Source: a virus (lineage: Duplodnaviria > Caudoviricetes). From it: DNA of 46,272 bases. Made by a program: the position numbers and the translations under genes. The DNA lies in the IMG/VR virus record IMGVR_UViG_3300033475_000047, positions 1 through 46,272 of that record, one strand, 5' to 3'. The first letter of the stretch is position 1. Each line of letters opens with the position of its first letter. Shown here piece by piece: positions 7,852-17,039 of this stretch. The notes below the pieces were generated by a model. The model made no database searches. It was not told where the DNA came from and saw only the letters and a program-made list of their open reading frames with translations.

Positions 7852-8553
7852 ATGAGCGACGACATCACCTATTGGGAAGTCCACCTGGAGGATGAAATCC
7901 CAACCTTCGGCGCCGGCAAGCGCCGGCTGCTCGTGGTGGAGCGCGGCCAAAAGTGGGTGACGCTCTTGTCACCGGCCGACTGCTCCTATGATAAGAGCCC
8001 CATCGCCATCTGGGATCGGCTCAAGCCCGTGGAGCTCCTGCTGCCGGCCTGGAACTACCAGGAGGTGGCGGTGCGGCTGGCGCGAACGGCGGAGGAGTAC
8101 GATCGCAACTCGGCGACCTACCGGCTCGCCATGAAGCTGCTCGGCTTTCCCGTGCCCGAGCCCGAGCTGAGCCCCGAGCAGAAGGCCCAGCGCGCCGCGG
8201 CCGCAGAGCGTTTAAACGCGGCCAAGGTGGAGAAGGTCTACGTTCCCGGCGAGGGCGAGAAGCCCGGTCAGAACGAGGGCTCCGGCAAGCTTATGCAGCG
8301 CCTCTGGATGACGGGCAGCTACACGCCCGAGCGCCTGGTGGAGATCGTGCTGAGCAATTGGCCCGGCCGCACCACCAAGAAGTCCGACGTCAAGTACAAC
8401 TACAATATCCTCATGGAGATGAGCGTGGAGGACCGCCAGGCGCGCTTCGGCCGCGGCGACGTGCCGCCCTGGCCCGAGAAGGACGCCAAGCCCGTAGTGA
8501 AGGCGGAGCCAGCGCCGGCTGAAAAGCCCAAGAAGAAGGGCAAGAAGAAATGA
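7852..8553 (+). CDS. Hypothetical protein with shared HTH-like module and Lys-rich tail
   Basis: GGAGGGG RBS; module KLMQRLW...TPERLVEIVLSNWPGRTTKKSDVKY. Confidence 0.75.
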   Translation: MSDDITYWEVHLEDEIPTFGAGKRRLLVVERGQKWVTLLSPADCSYDKSPIAIWDRLKPVELLLPAWNYQEVAVRLARTAEEYDRNSATYRLAMKLLGFPVPEPELSPEQKAQRAAAAERLNAAKVEKVYVPGEGEKPGQNEGSGKLMQRLWMTGSYTPERLVEIVLSNWPGRTTKKSDVKYNYNILMEMSVEDRQARFGRGDVPPWPEKDAKPVVKAEPAPAEKPKKKGKKK

Positions 8554-8771
8554 GCCGAGTCCTGCGACGCAAAATCAATCCGGCACCGACCGAAGATGGC
8601 GTTTATTACGGCCGTCAAACGCATAGCCCGGATATTGTCCCGCTCCTGGTCTACACCAACGGTGATAAGAGCCGCGATAAAATCTACGAGTTCGGCTCTG
8701 ATGATAGCTGGAACGACCTCAACATGTTTGTCTGGTATGGCCCAGTTCCGAAGTGCCGCGCCAAAAGATAA
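8550..8771 (+). CDS. Hypothetical protein
   Basis: ATGA overlap; in operon. Confidence 0.6.
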   Translation: MSRVLRRKINPAPTEDGVYYGRQTHSPDIVPLLVYTNGDKSRDKIYEFGSDDSWNDLNMFVWYGPVPKCRAKR

Positions 8772-8796
8772 TTAACAGAGCCAAAGGAGAACCGTC

Positions 8797-9168
8797 ATGA
8801 AAGTTCAAAGCATGTTCCACGTCTCATTCGACATTCCGCAGAACCGGCTTACCACCGTCCTGGAGGTGCTGACCAAGGAGGTCAGCAACCTGCAGGTAAC
8901 TACCGTCGGTAATGGTCCCATCACGACCGCCGTTATGCCGCCCAAGAAGCGGGTAATTACCCAGTCAAAGGGCTCTCCCATCACCGAGGCCGTCCGAGCC
9001 TGGGTGCAGCAGATGCCCAGCGGTACCGAATTCAACCTCAAGCAGGTCAAGACCTTCTTGAAGGAGAACAACTTCAAGGAAAGCAACTGCAGCCCGCAGA
9101 TGTCCCTCATGAACAATATCTATAAGCTCATTGTCTCACCGGCCAAGGGCCTCTATCGTCGTCGCTAA
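8797..9168 (+). CDS. Hypothetical protein with possible C-terminal winged helix
   Basis: AAGGAG RBS; C-terminus ends LIVSPAKGLYRR, a wing-like pattern. Confidence 0.65.
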   Translation: MKVQSMFHVSFDIPQNRLTTVLEVLTKEVSNLQVTTVGNGPITTAVMPPKKRVITQSKGSPITEAVRAWVQQMPSGTEFNLKQVKTFLKENNFKESNCSPQMSLMNNIYKLIVSPAKGLYRRR

Positions 9169-9192
9169 CTCTCAACCAGCCAAGGAATACCC

Positions 9193-10707
9193 GTGACCAA
9201 AAAGAAAACTCAGCCCAAGCTCCGCGCCCTCGCCGCCAACGTCTTCGCCGGTGGCTTCTCCATCGGGGTGCGCGACCACTTCGACGTCATCGCCCATTTC
9301 GAGGAGAGTGACTACGGGGTGGCAACCGTGCAGAAGAACTACCCGGACCTGCCCATTCATTATCCGAATTCAGAGTGGCCCGTAGATGAACCCGAGTTCC
9401 AAGAACTCGATTTCATCTACGGCAATCCACCCTGCGCCGCCTGGTCGGTGGCCGGCTACACCAAGACGCGCGGCGCCGACAAGTGGCGGACCGATCCGCG
9501 CGTGCAGTGTACCGTGCGGCACTTCGGCCTGCTGGAGAAGCTGCGCCCGACCGTCTGGGCCACCGAAAGCGTGACGCAGGCCTATGGCAAGGGCCAGGAG
9601 GTGCTGCGCGAGCTCGAGAAGAAGGCCCTGGAGCTCGGGTACAACGTCTATTACGTGCTCCATGACACCAAGTGGCACGGTGTGCCACAGAGCCGCAAGC
9701 GCTTCTTCATGGTTTGCTCCAAGGTCAACATCGGCTGGCCGCTGCCCAACTGGGCGCCACCCAAGACCGCGCTGGAATGCCTCCAGGAGGTTACGCCCAC
9801 CAGGCTGGACTGGACGGTGAAGATCGAACCGCTCGTTGCCAAGTGGCTGCAGAATACCTATTTCGAAATGGAGCCGGGCGAGAAGGTGCGCGACTATTGG
9901 GAGCGCTTCGTGCCGCAGGACCAGTGGAAGCGCGGCGAGCAGGGCCAGATTATCGGCCGGCCCAGCTTCGGCCATCGCCGCCTGCCGGTTGACCGACCGG
10001 CCGATGCCTTCGTGGGCTACGCCCTCATTCATCCGACGGAAAAGCGCTTTGTTACCGTCAATGAGGGCGCAGCCCTCTGCGGCTTTCCGCCGGACTACGA
10101 GTTCGCCGCCACCACTCCCAACGCGGCCTTCTCTCTCATCGCGCGCGGCGTCTGCCCGCCGTGTGGCTCCTGGCTGGGCGGCGTGGTGGCCAACGCCATT
10201 CGCACCGGGACCAAGCCCGAGCGGCCTGGCGTCTTCCACGTGGAATTGCGCGAGCCTCCCGCGGAGGGTCATTCCTACGTTCACGAGCTCCCCCCTGCTC
10301 GCGAGCTCGTCCAGCACATTCCGGCCGCCCGCTTTGAGGGCGCGCCGCGGGCCAAGAGTCAGGGGGTGGGTGGCAAGCGGCGGGTGGAGGTGCCCGTGGC
10401 GAACCTGCTCGTGGGCGCGCCGATACCCGAGCCCGATCGCAAGCAGGGCCGCATGCGCTACCTCCAGGAGCTGATATCCCTGGACCGCTTCACCGCCGAC
10501 CAGCTGGTGGCTATCATCAAGCATCACTGGCCGGAGAGCCTGGTGAGCAAGAACGATGTGGCGACGCAGCGCAAGAACCTCAAGCTGTTGCGCGGCAAGG
10601 ATGCCGTGCCGGAGATACGGAAATTCCCGGCCGAGCTCCTGCCGTTCGCCGTGCCGAAGTCCATTGAGGCGCAGATGGAGGAGGAAGCCGATGAAGAGAC
10701 TGCTTGA
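9193..10707 (+). CDS. Divergent C5 DNA cytosine methyltransferase fused to an HTH-like module
   Basis: FAGGFSIG (I), GNPPCAAWS (IV), TESV (VI), GVPQSRKRFF (VIII), RFVTVNEGAALCGFP (IX); GTG start with AAGGA RBS. Confidence 0.85.
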   Translation: MTKKKTQPKLRALAANVFAGGFSIGVRDHFDVIAHFEESDYGVATVQKNYPDLPIHYPNSEWPVDEPEFQELDFIYGNPPCAAWSVAGYTKTRGADKWRTDPRVQCTVRHFGLLEKLRPTVWATESVTQAYGKGQEVLRELEKKALELGYNVYYVLHDTKWHGVPQSRKRFFMVCSKVNIGWPLPNWAPPKTALECLQEVTPTRLDWTVKIEPLVAKWLQNTYFEMEPGEKVRDYWERFVPQDQWKRGEQGQIIGRPSFGHRRLPVDRPADAFVGYALIHPTEKRFVTVNEGAALCGFPPDYEFAATTPNAAFSLIARGVCPPCGSWLGGVVANAIRTGTKPERPGVFHVELREPPAEGHSYVHELPPARELVQHIPAARFEGAPRAKSQGVGGKRRVEVPVANLLVGAPIPEPDRKQGRMRYLQELISLDRFTADQLVAIIKHHWPESLVSKNDVATQRKNLKLLRGKDAVPEIRKFPAELLPFAVPKSIEAQMEEEADEETA

Positions 10708-11032
10708 ACCGATGAATGGGCTGCCGATGCAGCCCGTTATCCTGGGCCCGGATAACAAGCCGCGGTTTCAGGAAAACCGGATTGTCACCGCGCTGCTGGA
10801 CCTTAGAGGCACCGGCCCCAAGAGGCTGGACCTCAACGAGATCGTCAAGCGCTATCACGAAGGCGAGTTTACCGAGGCCGAGCTGAACCAGTTCTACATG
10901 CTGATTGGTTATTCGGTGGAGGGCTATCGCGAGCTCGGCGCGGCCTTCTACGCCGTCGGCGATCTGGCGGCGCTGGAGGGTGAATACCTTCTGGAGGATA
11001 TCCCGCGGAACGTGACGCACGGTGAGAAATGA
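10691..11032 (+). CDS. Hypothetical phage protein
   Basis: GAGGA RBS; overlaps neighbours; RFQENRIV...QFYMLIGYSVEGYREL. Confidence 0.65.
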   Translation: MKRLLEPMNGLPMQPVILGPDNKPRFQENRIVTALLDLRGTGPKRLDLNEIVKRYHEGEFTEAELNQFYMLIGYSVEGYRELGAAFYAVGDLAALEGEYLLEDIPRNVTHGEK

Positions 11033-11556
11033 GATACTTCACCTCCGATCTCCACTTCGGCCACGACAAGATCATTGACTATTGCGAGCGGCCGTTTCGC
11101 GACCTGGCCCACATGCACGAGCAGCTGATTTGCCGCTGGAACGACACCGTGCGGCCGGAGGACGAGGTGTTCGTGCTGGGAGACGTGGCGCTATACTTTC
11201 GCCGGCCCGAGCTCGAGTGCATCCTGGTGGAGCTGCATGGCACCAAGCATCTGCGCAAGGGCAACCACGATCATCGCGATACCTACAAGGCCAGGGGCTG
11301 GGCCAGCGTGGAGGATTACTCCGTCATTTGCTTCTCAAATGGCTGGAAGGTCAACCTGATCCACGACCCGCGCCGACTCCACCTGCACGACCCGATGGCT
11401 AATGGCCTGGTGCTGCACGGCCATCATCACGGCGGCAAGGGCAAGCCGCCGCGCCAGGAGCTCTGCACCTTCCTGGACGTCGGAGTGGACTGCGACTACG
11501 CCGACTATCGCCCCATCAGTGAGGCGGAAATTATCAACATAATTAGACGGAGATAG
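11029..11556 (+). CDS. Calcineurin-like metallophosphoesterase
   Basis: SDLHFGH, LGD, GNHD, HGHHH, DVGVD. Confidence 0.9.
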   Translation: MRYFTSDLHFGHDKIIDYCERPFRDLAHMHEQLICRWNDTVRPEDEVFVLGDVALYFRRPELECILVELHGTKHLRKGNHDHRDTYKARGWASVEDYSVICFSNGWKVNLIHDPRRLHLHDPMANGLVLHGHHHGGKGKPPRQELCTFLDVGVDCDYADYRPISEAEIINIIRRR

Positions 11557-11559
11557 AGC

Positions 11560-12045
11560 ATGACCGATACCTTCAACCTGGTGGGCGAGTTCCACCGCAA
11601 GTTTGACCTGCCCGTGGCCGAGAGCACGCCACCCGGGTTTCCCGACGAGAGCACCATCTGCTTTAGAATAAAATTCCTGATGGAGGAGCTCTCGGAGCTG
11701 GTGCTTGCCTGTGGCTACAGCAACGCGGCCGATGCCATCAGTCGGGCTCAGGATTACCTCAACGAATATCCCGATGACGGCAAGGACCTGGAGAAGGCCG
11801 CTGACGCATTGGCCGACTTGAAGTATGTCACTGATGGCACCGCGCACATGCTGGGTATTCCACTCAACGAGGTCTTCGCCGAGGTGCAGCGCGCCAACAT
11901 GAGCAAGGAGCGGGCTGTGTCCGCGGGTGATCCGCGATCGACTCGCGGGCATAGCCTGGACGTGGTGAAACCAAAGGACTTCGTGCCGCCGAACCACGCG
12001 CCCATCCTGGAGCAGCACGCCAAGCGCTTCCGGATCGGCGAATAA
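11560..12045 (+). CDS. MazG/PRA-PH-like NTP pyrophosphohydrolase
   Basis: EFHRKF, FLMEELSEL, ADALADLKYV, EVQRANMSK, VVKPKDF. Confidence 0.85.
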   Translation: MTDTFNLVGEFHRKFDLPVAESTPPGFPDESTICFRIKFLMEELSELVLACGYSNAADAISRAQDYLNEYPDDGKDLEKAADALADLKYVTDGTAHMLGIPLNEVFAEVQRANMSKERAVSAGDPRSTRGHSLDVVKPKDFVPPNHAPILEQHAKRFRIGE

Positions 12046-12088
12046 ACAGTGTTTACTTTTGTTTACCCGAGAGACTAGGGTTTAGTTT
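12043..12088 (+). promoter_or_regulatory. Promoter-like element related to the repeated promoter
   Basis: GTTTACTTTTGTTTA is identical to 24357-24371; TTTACT-18bp-TAGGGT; overlaps the inverted repeat TAAACA-G-TGTTTA. Confidence 0.55.
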
Positions 12089-12111
12089 CGAAACAGAGCT
12101 GGGAGAACCAA

Positions 12112-12300
12112 ATGAAAATCTCGTATGAAAACGGTGAAGTGGTGGTGCGCATTCCGTGCACCGCCGAGCAGGTGAAGGCCGCGCCGCTGAGCGGCACCGG
12201 TAAGTCGCGGATGATCGCCAGCACCAGCGGCTTTGCCAAGGTGGACGGCGCGCCCGAGGGGGTCAAGCTGAGCTTGAACCTGATTGGGCCGAAGGAATAG
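12112..12300 (+). CDS. Small hypothetical protein
   Basis: GGGAG RBS; SGTGKSRMIASTSGF pattern seen in small phage proteins. Confidence 0.7.
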   Translation: MKISYENGEVVVRIPCTAEQVKAAPLSGTGKSRMIASTSGFAKVDGAPEGVKLSLNLIGPKE

Positions 12301-12305
12301 CAATC

Positions 12306-12461
12306 ATGGACCGCTGGGAATATCTGGTGGCGGAGTTCGTGGTTATTCCCGGGCCCGACGACGTGTTCTGGAAGCACCTCGACCCCACCTGGGAGTTTTG
12401 CGCGCTCTACCCGAGCGGCAAGGCGATGCTGTTTAAACGCAAGCTATCGCAGGGAGATTGA
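12306..12461 (+). CDS. Small DUF4177-like protein
   Basis: Read by hand: MDRWEYLV...WEFCA...LFKRK; AAGGA RBS. Confidence 0.55.
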   Translation: MDRWEYLVAEFVVIPGPDDVFWKHLDPTWEFCALYPSGKAMLFKRKLSQGD

Positions 12462-12462
12462 A

Positions 12463-13473
12463 TTGAAGGGCATTATTATCCTGGAGGGCGCCGACGGCAC
12501 GGGCAAGACTACGCTGGCCCGCGCGCTCGTGAAGCGCTATGACGCCTTTTACATTCACAATGGCCTGTGGCCGGATATCTGGAAGCGGCATTTGGCGACG
12601 GTTGATCTGGCAATCAAGCGCAGTCAGAAGCAGCTGGTCATCATTGACCGGCTCTGGCTCTCCGAGCAGATATACGGCGACACCTTCCGCGACGGGCCAG
12701 CCTACGATCTGGGCGCCAGGTGCCTGGATCGCGCCCTGCTGCGCTACGGCGCCGTGACGGTGCTGTGCGTCCGGCGCGACTTTGCCGGTCACATGAAGCA
12801 CTTCGAGGAGCTGAAGCGCACCCGGGTGGAGAAGTTTGCTCGCATGGAGATGGTGGCGCAACGCTATCTCGATCTGGCCAGCGGCAACCTGGCGGCCGAC
12901 GGCAAGTGGTATTACAACCAGCTTACCCAGTTTCAGGACTATCCGCTGCGCGATGACGTGCTGGTGTACGACTTCGAGATTGCCGGCATATCGGCCAAGC
13001 TCCTGGACATCGCCATGGATACCATCGTGGGCCGGGTCTACGCCCTGCGCCGCCACGCCGGCGAAACCTTCGCCACCGACCTGCCCAACCTCACCGGCAA
13101 CCCGCGCGATCCCCGCTACCTGTTCGTGGGCGAGCAGCTGAGCCCACGGGCCTGCAACCGGGCCGCGCCGTTCCTGTGGAACGACGAGATGAGCTCGGCG
13201 ACCTATTTCAACAAGCAATTGCATAAGCTCAAATTCCGCGAGGACCAGGCACTGTGGACCAACGCCATCGGCCACGACTGGCTGCGCTTTCTGCGCGATC
13301 ACCTCTCCGCCACCACGCGCGTGATCGCGCTGGGCGGGATCGCGGCGCGGCGGGTGGAGGAGCTGAGCTTTCCCAACGCGGCAAGCATTCCGCATCCCCA
13401 ATGGGCCCGCCGCTTCCAGGCCCAGCATCCCGAAAAATATCGAACCCTACTGCAAGAGGCATTGAAAATATGA
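12463..13473 (+). CDS. P-loop nucleoside monophosphate kinase fused to a uracil-DNA-glycosylase-like domain
   Basis: N-terminal ILEGADGTGKTT and IIDRLWLSEQIYG (dTMP-kinase-like); C-terminal LFVGE, TNA, VIALG..A, HP (UDG-like); TTG start. Confidence 0.8.
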   Translation: MKGIIILEGADGTGKTTLARALVKRYDAFYIHNGLWPDIWKRHLATVDLAIKRSQKQLVIIDRLWLSEQIYGDTFRDGPAYDLGARCLDRALLRYGAVTVLCVRRDFAGHMKHFEELKRTRVEKFARMEMVAQRYLDLASGNLAADGKWYYNQLTQFQDYPLRDDVLVYDFEIAGISAKLLDIAMDTIVGRVYALRRHAGETFATDLPNLTGNPRDPRYLFVGEQLSPRACNRAAPFLWNDEMSSATYFNKQLHKLKFREDQALWTNAIGHDWLRFLRDHLSATTRVIALGGIAARRVEELSFPNAASIPHPQWARRFQAQHPEKYRTLLQEALKI

Positions 13474-14348
13474 GCACCACCCTGGTTTGGAAACGCGCCC
13501 TCATGGATTTGCTCCACAGTGGCGTGAGTGTTTCTCCCATGTCCGCTGGCGCCACCTGGCGCGGCCGGGCGAACCGGGAGCTGGTCGCCTATCAGACCAC
13601 AATCGACATGAGCAACCCTGTGGTACTCTCTCCGGGCCGAAAGCTCGGCTACAAGTTCATGTGCGCCGAGGCCGCCTGGATTTTGTCCGGCGACAACCGC
13701 GTCTCAACCATCGCGCCCTACGCCAAGGCCATCAAGGATTTGAGCGATGACGGCCGGCGCTACTTCGGGGCCTACGGGCCCAAGTTCGTGGACCAGCTCT
13801 CCTTCGTGGTGGATACCCTCGTGCGCGATCCCGCCTCTCGTCAGGCCGTCGTGAACATCTGGCGCGAGCAGCCGCGGCCGAGCAAGGACACGCCCTGCAC
13901 GCTCTCCTGGCAGTTCCTCATCCGGGGCGGCAAGCTGCACTGCGTTGCCACCATGCGCAGCTCCGACATCTGGACCGGCTGGGTCTACGACATCTTCAAC
14001 TTCTCCATGGCGGCGGCCGTCGTGGCGCTGGAGCTGCGCGGCCAGGCCAGCAAAATCCTGAGCTCCCAAAATGCTGAGCTATTGCTGGGCGAGCAGAAGA
14101 CCACTCTCGCGGCGCTGCGCGAGCTGGAGCTCGGCTACCTCACCCTCACCGCCGGCTCGCAGCACCTCTATCAGGTGGACAGCGACGGCGCACAAGCGTG
14201 TTTAAACGAGGCGAGTGAAAAGGTCATGCGCTCGCTCAACCTCGCCGAGTTCCAGACCAGCGATGACCTCATCGCGCACCTCTGGGCCTGCGCCCGCGGC
14301 CAATGGTCGCTGCAGTCGGCGCACTTCCTCGGGGAGTTGTTCGGATGA
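13470..14348 (+). CDS. Thymidylate synthase homolog, probably a dCMP hydroxymethylase or methylase
   Basis: AEAAWILSG, GAYG, SRQAV, PCT (catalytic Cys), MRSSDIWTGWVYD with Asp at the E. coli Asn177 position, GSQHLY. Confidence 0.85.
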   Translation: MSTTLVWKRALMDLLHSGVSVSPMSAGATWRGRANRELVAYQTTIDMSNPVVLSPGRKLGYKFMCAEAAWILSGDNRVSTIAPYAKAIKDLSDDGRRYFGAYGPKFVDQLSFVVDTLVRDPASRQAVVNIWREQPRPSKDTPCTLSWQFLIRGGKLHCVATMRSSDIWTGWVYDIFNFSMAAAVVALELRGQASKILSSQNAELLLGEQKTTLAALRELELGYLTLTAGSQHLYQVDSDGAQACLNEASEKVMRSLNLAEFQTSDDLIAHLWACARGQWSLQSAHFLGELFG

Positions 14349-14809
14349 GCCGCGCAACCCTAGACGAAACGGGCCTGGCGATCGCCGCGGCCTGGGCGCG
14401 CCGCGGCACCTGCGGCCGGCGCCAGGTCGGCTGCCTGCTGATGGACGCGGACGGCTATCCCATCTCCTCCGGCTACAACGGGCCGGCGAGTGGCCAGGCC
14501 CATTGTGATATCTTTCCATGCGCCGGCCGCAACGCCCCGAGTGGAAAGAACCTGCAAGCCTGCGAGGCCATTCACGCCGAGATCAACGCGCTGCTCCGCT
14601 GCCCCGACGTGCGGTTGATCCACACCTGCTATGTCACGCACTCCCCCTGCCTCGATTGCGTCAAGGCGCTCCTAAACACCGGCTGCCTGCGGATCGTATT
14701 TTCGGAGCCCTACGCGCACGATGCCGAGAGCAGGGGGCGGTGGCTTAAGCCGCGGCACGGTGACATTCTCCCGACGCGCCGGACCTGGGAGCACATTACA
14801 AATGGCTGA
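14345..14809 (+). CDS. dCMP deaminase
   Basis: TC.RRQVG, GYNG, HAEINAL, SPCLDC. Confidence 0.9.
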   Translation: MSRATLDETGLAIAAAWARRGTCGRRQVGCLLMDADGYPISSGYNGPASGQAHCDIFPCAGRNAPSGKNLQACEAIHAEINALLRCPDVRLIHTCYVTHSPCLDCVKALLNTGCLRIVFSEPYAHDAESRGRWLKPRHGDILPTRRTWEHITNG

Positions 14810-15344
14810 TGCCACGCCCTATTCCGATCAAAAGAACTGGTCCAATACCTACCTCACCGACCCAGCGCTGGTGAAGCTGCTGGGCCCGTTTGATCTTGAC
14901 CCGTGCTGCCCGCCGAAGATGCCGTGGCGCACGGCCCGGTTGATGCTGACCGATGGTAGCGTGCGAAAGACGGCGAAGGGCTTTTATTATCCGGCAGTGC
15001 TAAATGGGCTGGACTATCCGTGGCGTCCGCGCGATCGGGTATTCATGAACCCGCCCTATCGCGGCGTGCTGCAGTGGGCCAGGAAGTTCGTGGAGCAGAA
15101 TAGTGGAATTGCACTGCTCAACGGCCGCGCCACCGAGACCGCGGCCACGCAGCTCATCATGGAAAAGAGCGCTGCCATCTGGTTTCCAGATCACCGGCTT
15201 ACCTTCTACAAACCAAGCGGCAAGCCATTTGAGCAAAAATGGTTTCCAAGTTTGCTGTTGGGTTTGCACCCAGAAGACGCTGCCCGCATGCGCCGAGCCC
15301 AAGCGAAGTTTGGCGGTAATATATTCATCAAGAGCCGACTATAG
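14802..15344 (+). CDS. Phage DNA N6-adenine methyltransferase (Dam-phage-like)
   Basis: GPFDLDPC, NGL...W, VFMNPPY, GIALL, RLTF. Confidence 0.8.
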   Translation: MADATPYSDQKNWSNTYLTDPALVKLLGPFDLDPCCPPKMPWRTARLMLTDGSVRKTAKGFYYPAVLNGLDYPWRPRDRVFMNPPYRGVLQWARKFVEQNSGIALLNGRATETAATQLIMEKSAAIWFPDHRLTFYKPSGKPFEQKWFPSLLLGLHPEDAARMRRAQAKFGGNIFIKSRL

Positions 15345-15359
15345 AGCCAAGGAGAACCA

Positions 15360-15851
15360 ATGAGTGATTTACTGAAAAAGCTGATGGAGAATGTTTCACC
15401 CGAGGTGCGCGCCGCGGCCTTCAAGGACGCGCTGCACGACGACACCGCCAAGCACGGGCCGATTGATCCGCTCAAGACCGCCGTGGGTACTGCCGCCTTG
15501 GAATTTGTCATGTATACTCCCAAGGTGCGTGATCATCTCCAGGAGATGGCTCATACCCATGAATCCAAGTTTCCTTGCGGTGATTTGGTGTTCGTCGCCG
15601 CGATGCTAGCGGGAGCTATGGCCGTGGGCGAGAATATCGTAGAGGAGGAGCGCAAGCGCAATGGTGAAGAGGGTGCCCTGCAGAAGCGTCTGGCCCTGGT
15701 GAAGGCCTTCAATATGGCCGAGAATGTTACGCCGCAGGTGCGCGCCGCATTGGCTCATATTTTGGCCGGAAAGATGCGCGAGGGTTTTACGGAACTCGAT
15801 GCAAACGCCAGCCTGTCCGTGCATGCTGGTCCGACGGAGAAAAAATCATGA
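15360..15851 (+). CDS. Hypothetical protein
   Basis: AAGGAG RBS; ATGA overlap with the next gene. Confidence 0.7.
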   Translation: MSDLLKKLMENVSPEVRAAAFKDALHDDTAKHGPIDPLKTAVGTAALEFVMYTPKVRDHLQEMAHTHESKFPCGDLVFVAAMLAGAMAVGENIVEEERKRNGEEGALQKRLALVKAFNMAENVTPQVRAALAHILAGKMREGFTELDANASLSVHAGPTEKKS

Positions 15852-16849
15852 TTCGCGCCGACGTCGTCTGCGACAGCATCTCACCGGCTGGCAAGCGGAT
15901 TACCTCGGTAGAGGTCACCGCGCACCGCTTCATCCTGGCGGAGATCAACACGCATCGCGCGCTGAGCCGCAACTATCGCAGCAGCCGCGCCGTGCCCGTC
16001 GCCAAGATGCTGGAGGAGGTTCGTACCAACCCGGCCATGCCAGTCTTCTGGGGCAAGAACCAGGCCGGCATGCAGGCGGCCGAGGAGCTGGATGATACCG
16101 CGCGCAAGCACACGGTGATGGATACGGACGGACAATATTTTACCGTGACGGATCGCGAGATGGCCAAGCGCCAGTGGCGCGCCGCCGCCGGTTTTGCCGC
16201 CATCCAGGCCGAGAGCCTGGCCAAGCTGGGCCTGCACAAGCAGATTGCCAACCGGGTGCTGGAGCCGTATCTATGGGTGCACGGCATCATCACCGCCACG
16301 GACTGGGACAACTTCTTTGGCCTGCGGCTGCATCGGGCGGCGCAGCCGGAGTTCAAGGCGCTGGCCGATGCCATCTGGCCGGCGATCAAGAACAGCGAGC
16401 CGGAGCACCTGAGCGACGAGGAGTGGCACCTGCCCTATATCGGACCAATGGACTGGACCAAGTTGCAGGTGGAGATGCTGGAGGAGGGCACCTATAACTT
16501 CGAGGCCCTGCGCGAACGGATCATCAAGACCTCGGTGGCGCGCTGCGCCCGCGTGAGCACCACCAGCTTTGAGACCGGCAAGCGCAGCACCTGGGGCGAG
16601 GACCTGCGCACCTATGCCCGGCTCAACATTCCCGGCACCGACTTCTACGATCCCGAGGAGCCCATCCACGCGTCGCCGGCCGAGCACCAGGCGCGTCCCG
16701 ACTACATGATTGATCCCAGTGGAATCATATCCTCCGCCTGGGCCAACCGCAGGCAGCACGGCAACTTCGACGGCTGGCGCCAATATCGCAAGATGCTGCC
16801 CGGCGAGAACTGCGCCCCATTACCGAAGGAGTATCAAAATGAGCGGTGA
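15848..16849 (+). CDS. thyX: Flavin-dependent thymidylate synthase
   Basis: RFILAEINTHRALSRNYRSSRAVP, HKQIANRVLEP, NFFGLR...AQPEF, ARCARVS, HASPAEH. Confidence 0.85.
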   Translation: MIRADVVCDSISPAGKRITSVEVTAHRFILAEINTHRALSRNYRSSRAVPVAKMLEEVRTNPAMPVFWGKNQAGMQAAEELDDTARKHTVMDTDGQYFTVTDREMAKRQWRAAAGFAAIQAESLAKLGLHKQIANRVLEPYLWVHGIITATDWDNFFGLRLHRAAQPEFKALADAIWPAIKNSEPEHLSDEEWHLPYIGPMDWTKLQVEMLEEGTYNFEALRERIIKTSVARCARVSTTSFETGKRSTWGEDLRTYARLNIPGTDFYDPEEPIHASPAEHQARPDYMIDPSGIISSAWANRRQHGNFDGWRQYRKMLPGENCAPLPKEYQNER

Positions 16850-17039
16850 GCAGGCCATCTATCAATTTCCCGACGGCGACATGCAGGAGGGCCTCAAGCG
16901 CCAGCGCGAGCGGCTGCTGGCCGCGGCCGTGACCTACGTGCGCGACGGTCGCGACGGCGCGCCCCAGGATCGCCTGCGTACCGCCTCGAGCCTGAGCGGC
17001 ATTCCCATCAACCTGATTGAGGTGGAGTTGAAAAAATGA
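16839..17039 (+). CDS. Hypothetical protein
   Basis: AAGGAG RBS; in operon. Confidence 0.55.
   Translation: MSGEQAIYQFPDGDMQEGLKRQRERLLAAAVTYVRDGRDGAPQDRLRTASSLSGIPINLIEVELKK

Noticed and set aside
13470-14348. Annotation as an ordinary thyA
   Set aside because: Asp at the dUMP-specificity position and a co-encoded ThyX argue against it, so the symbol was withheld
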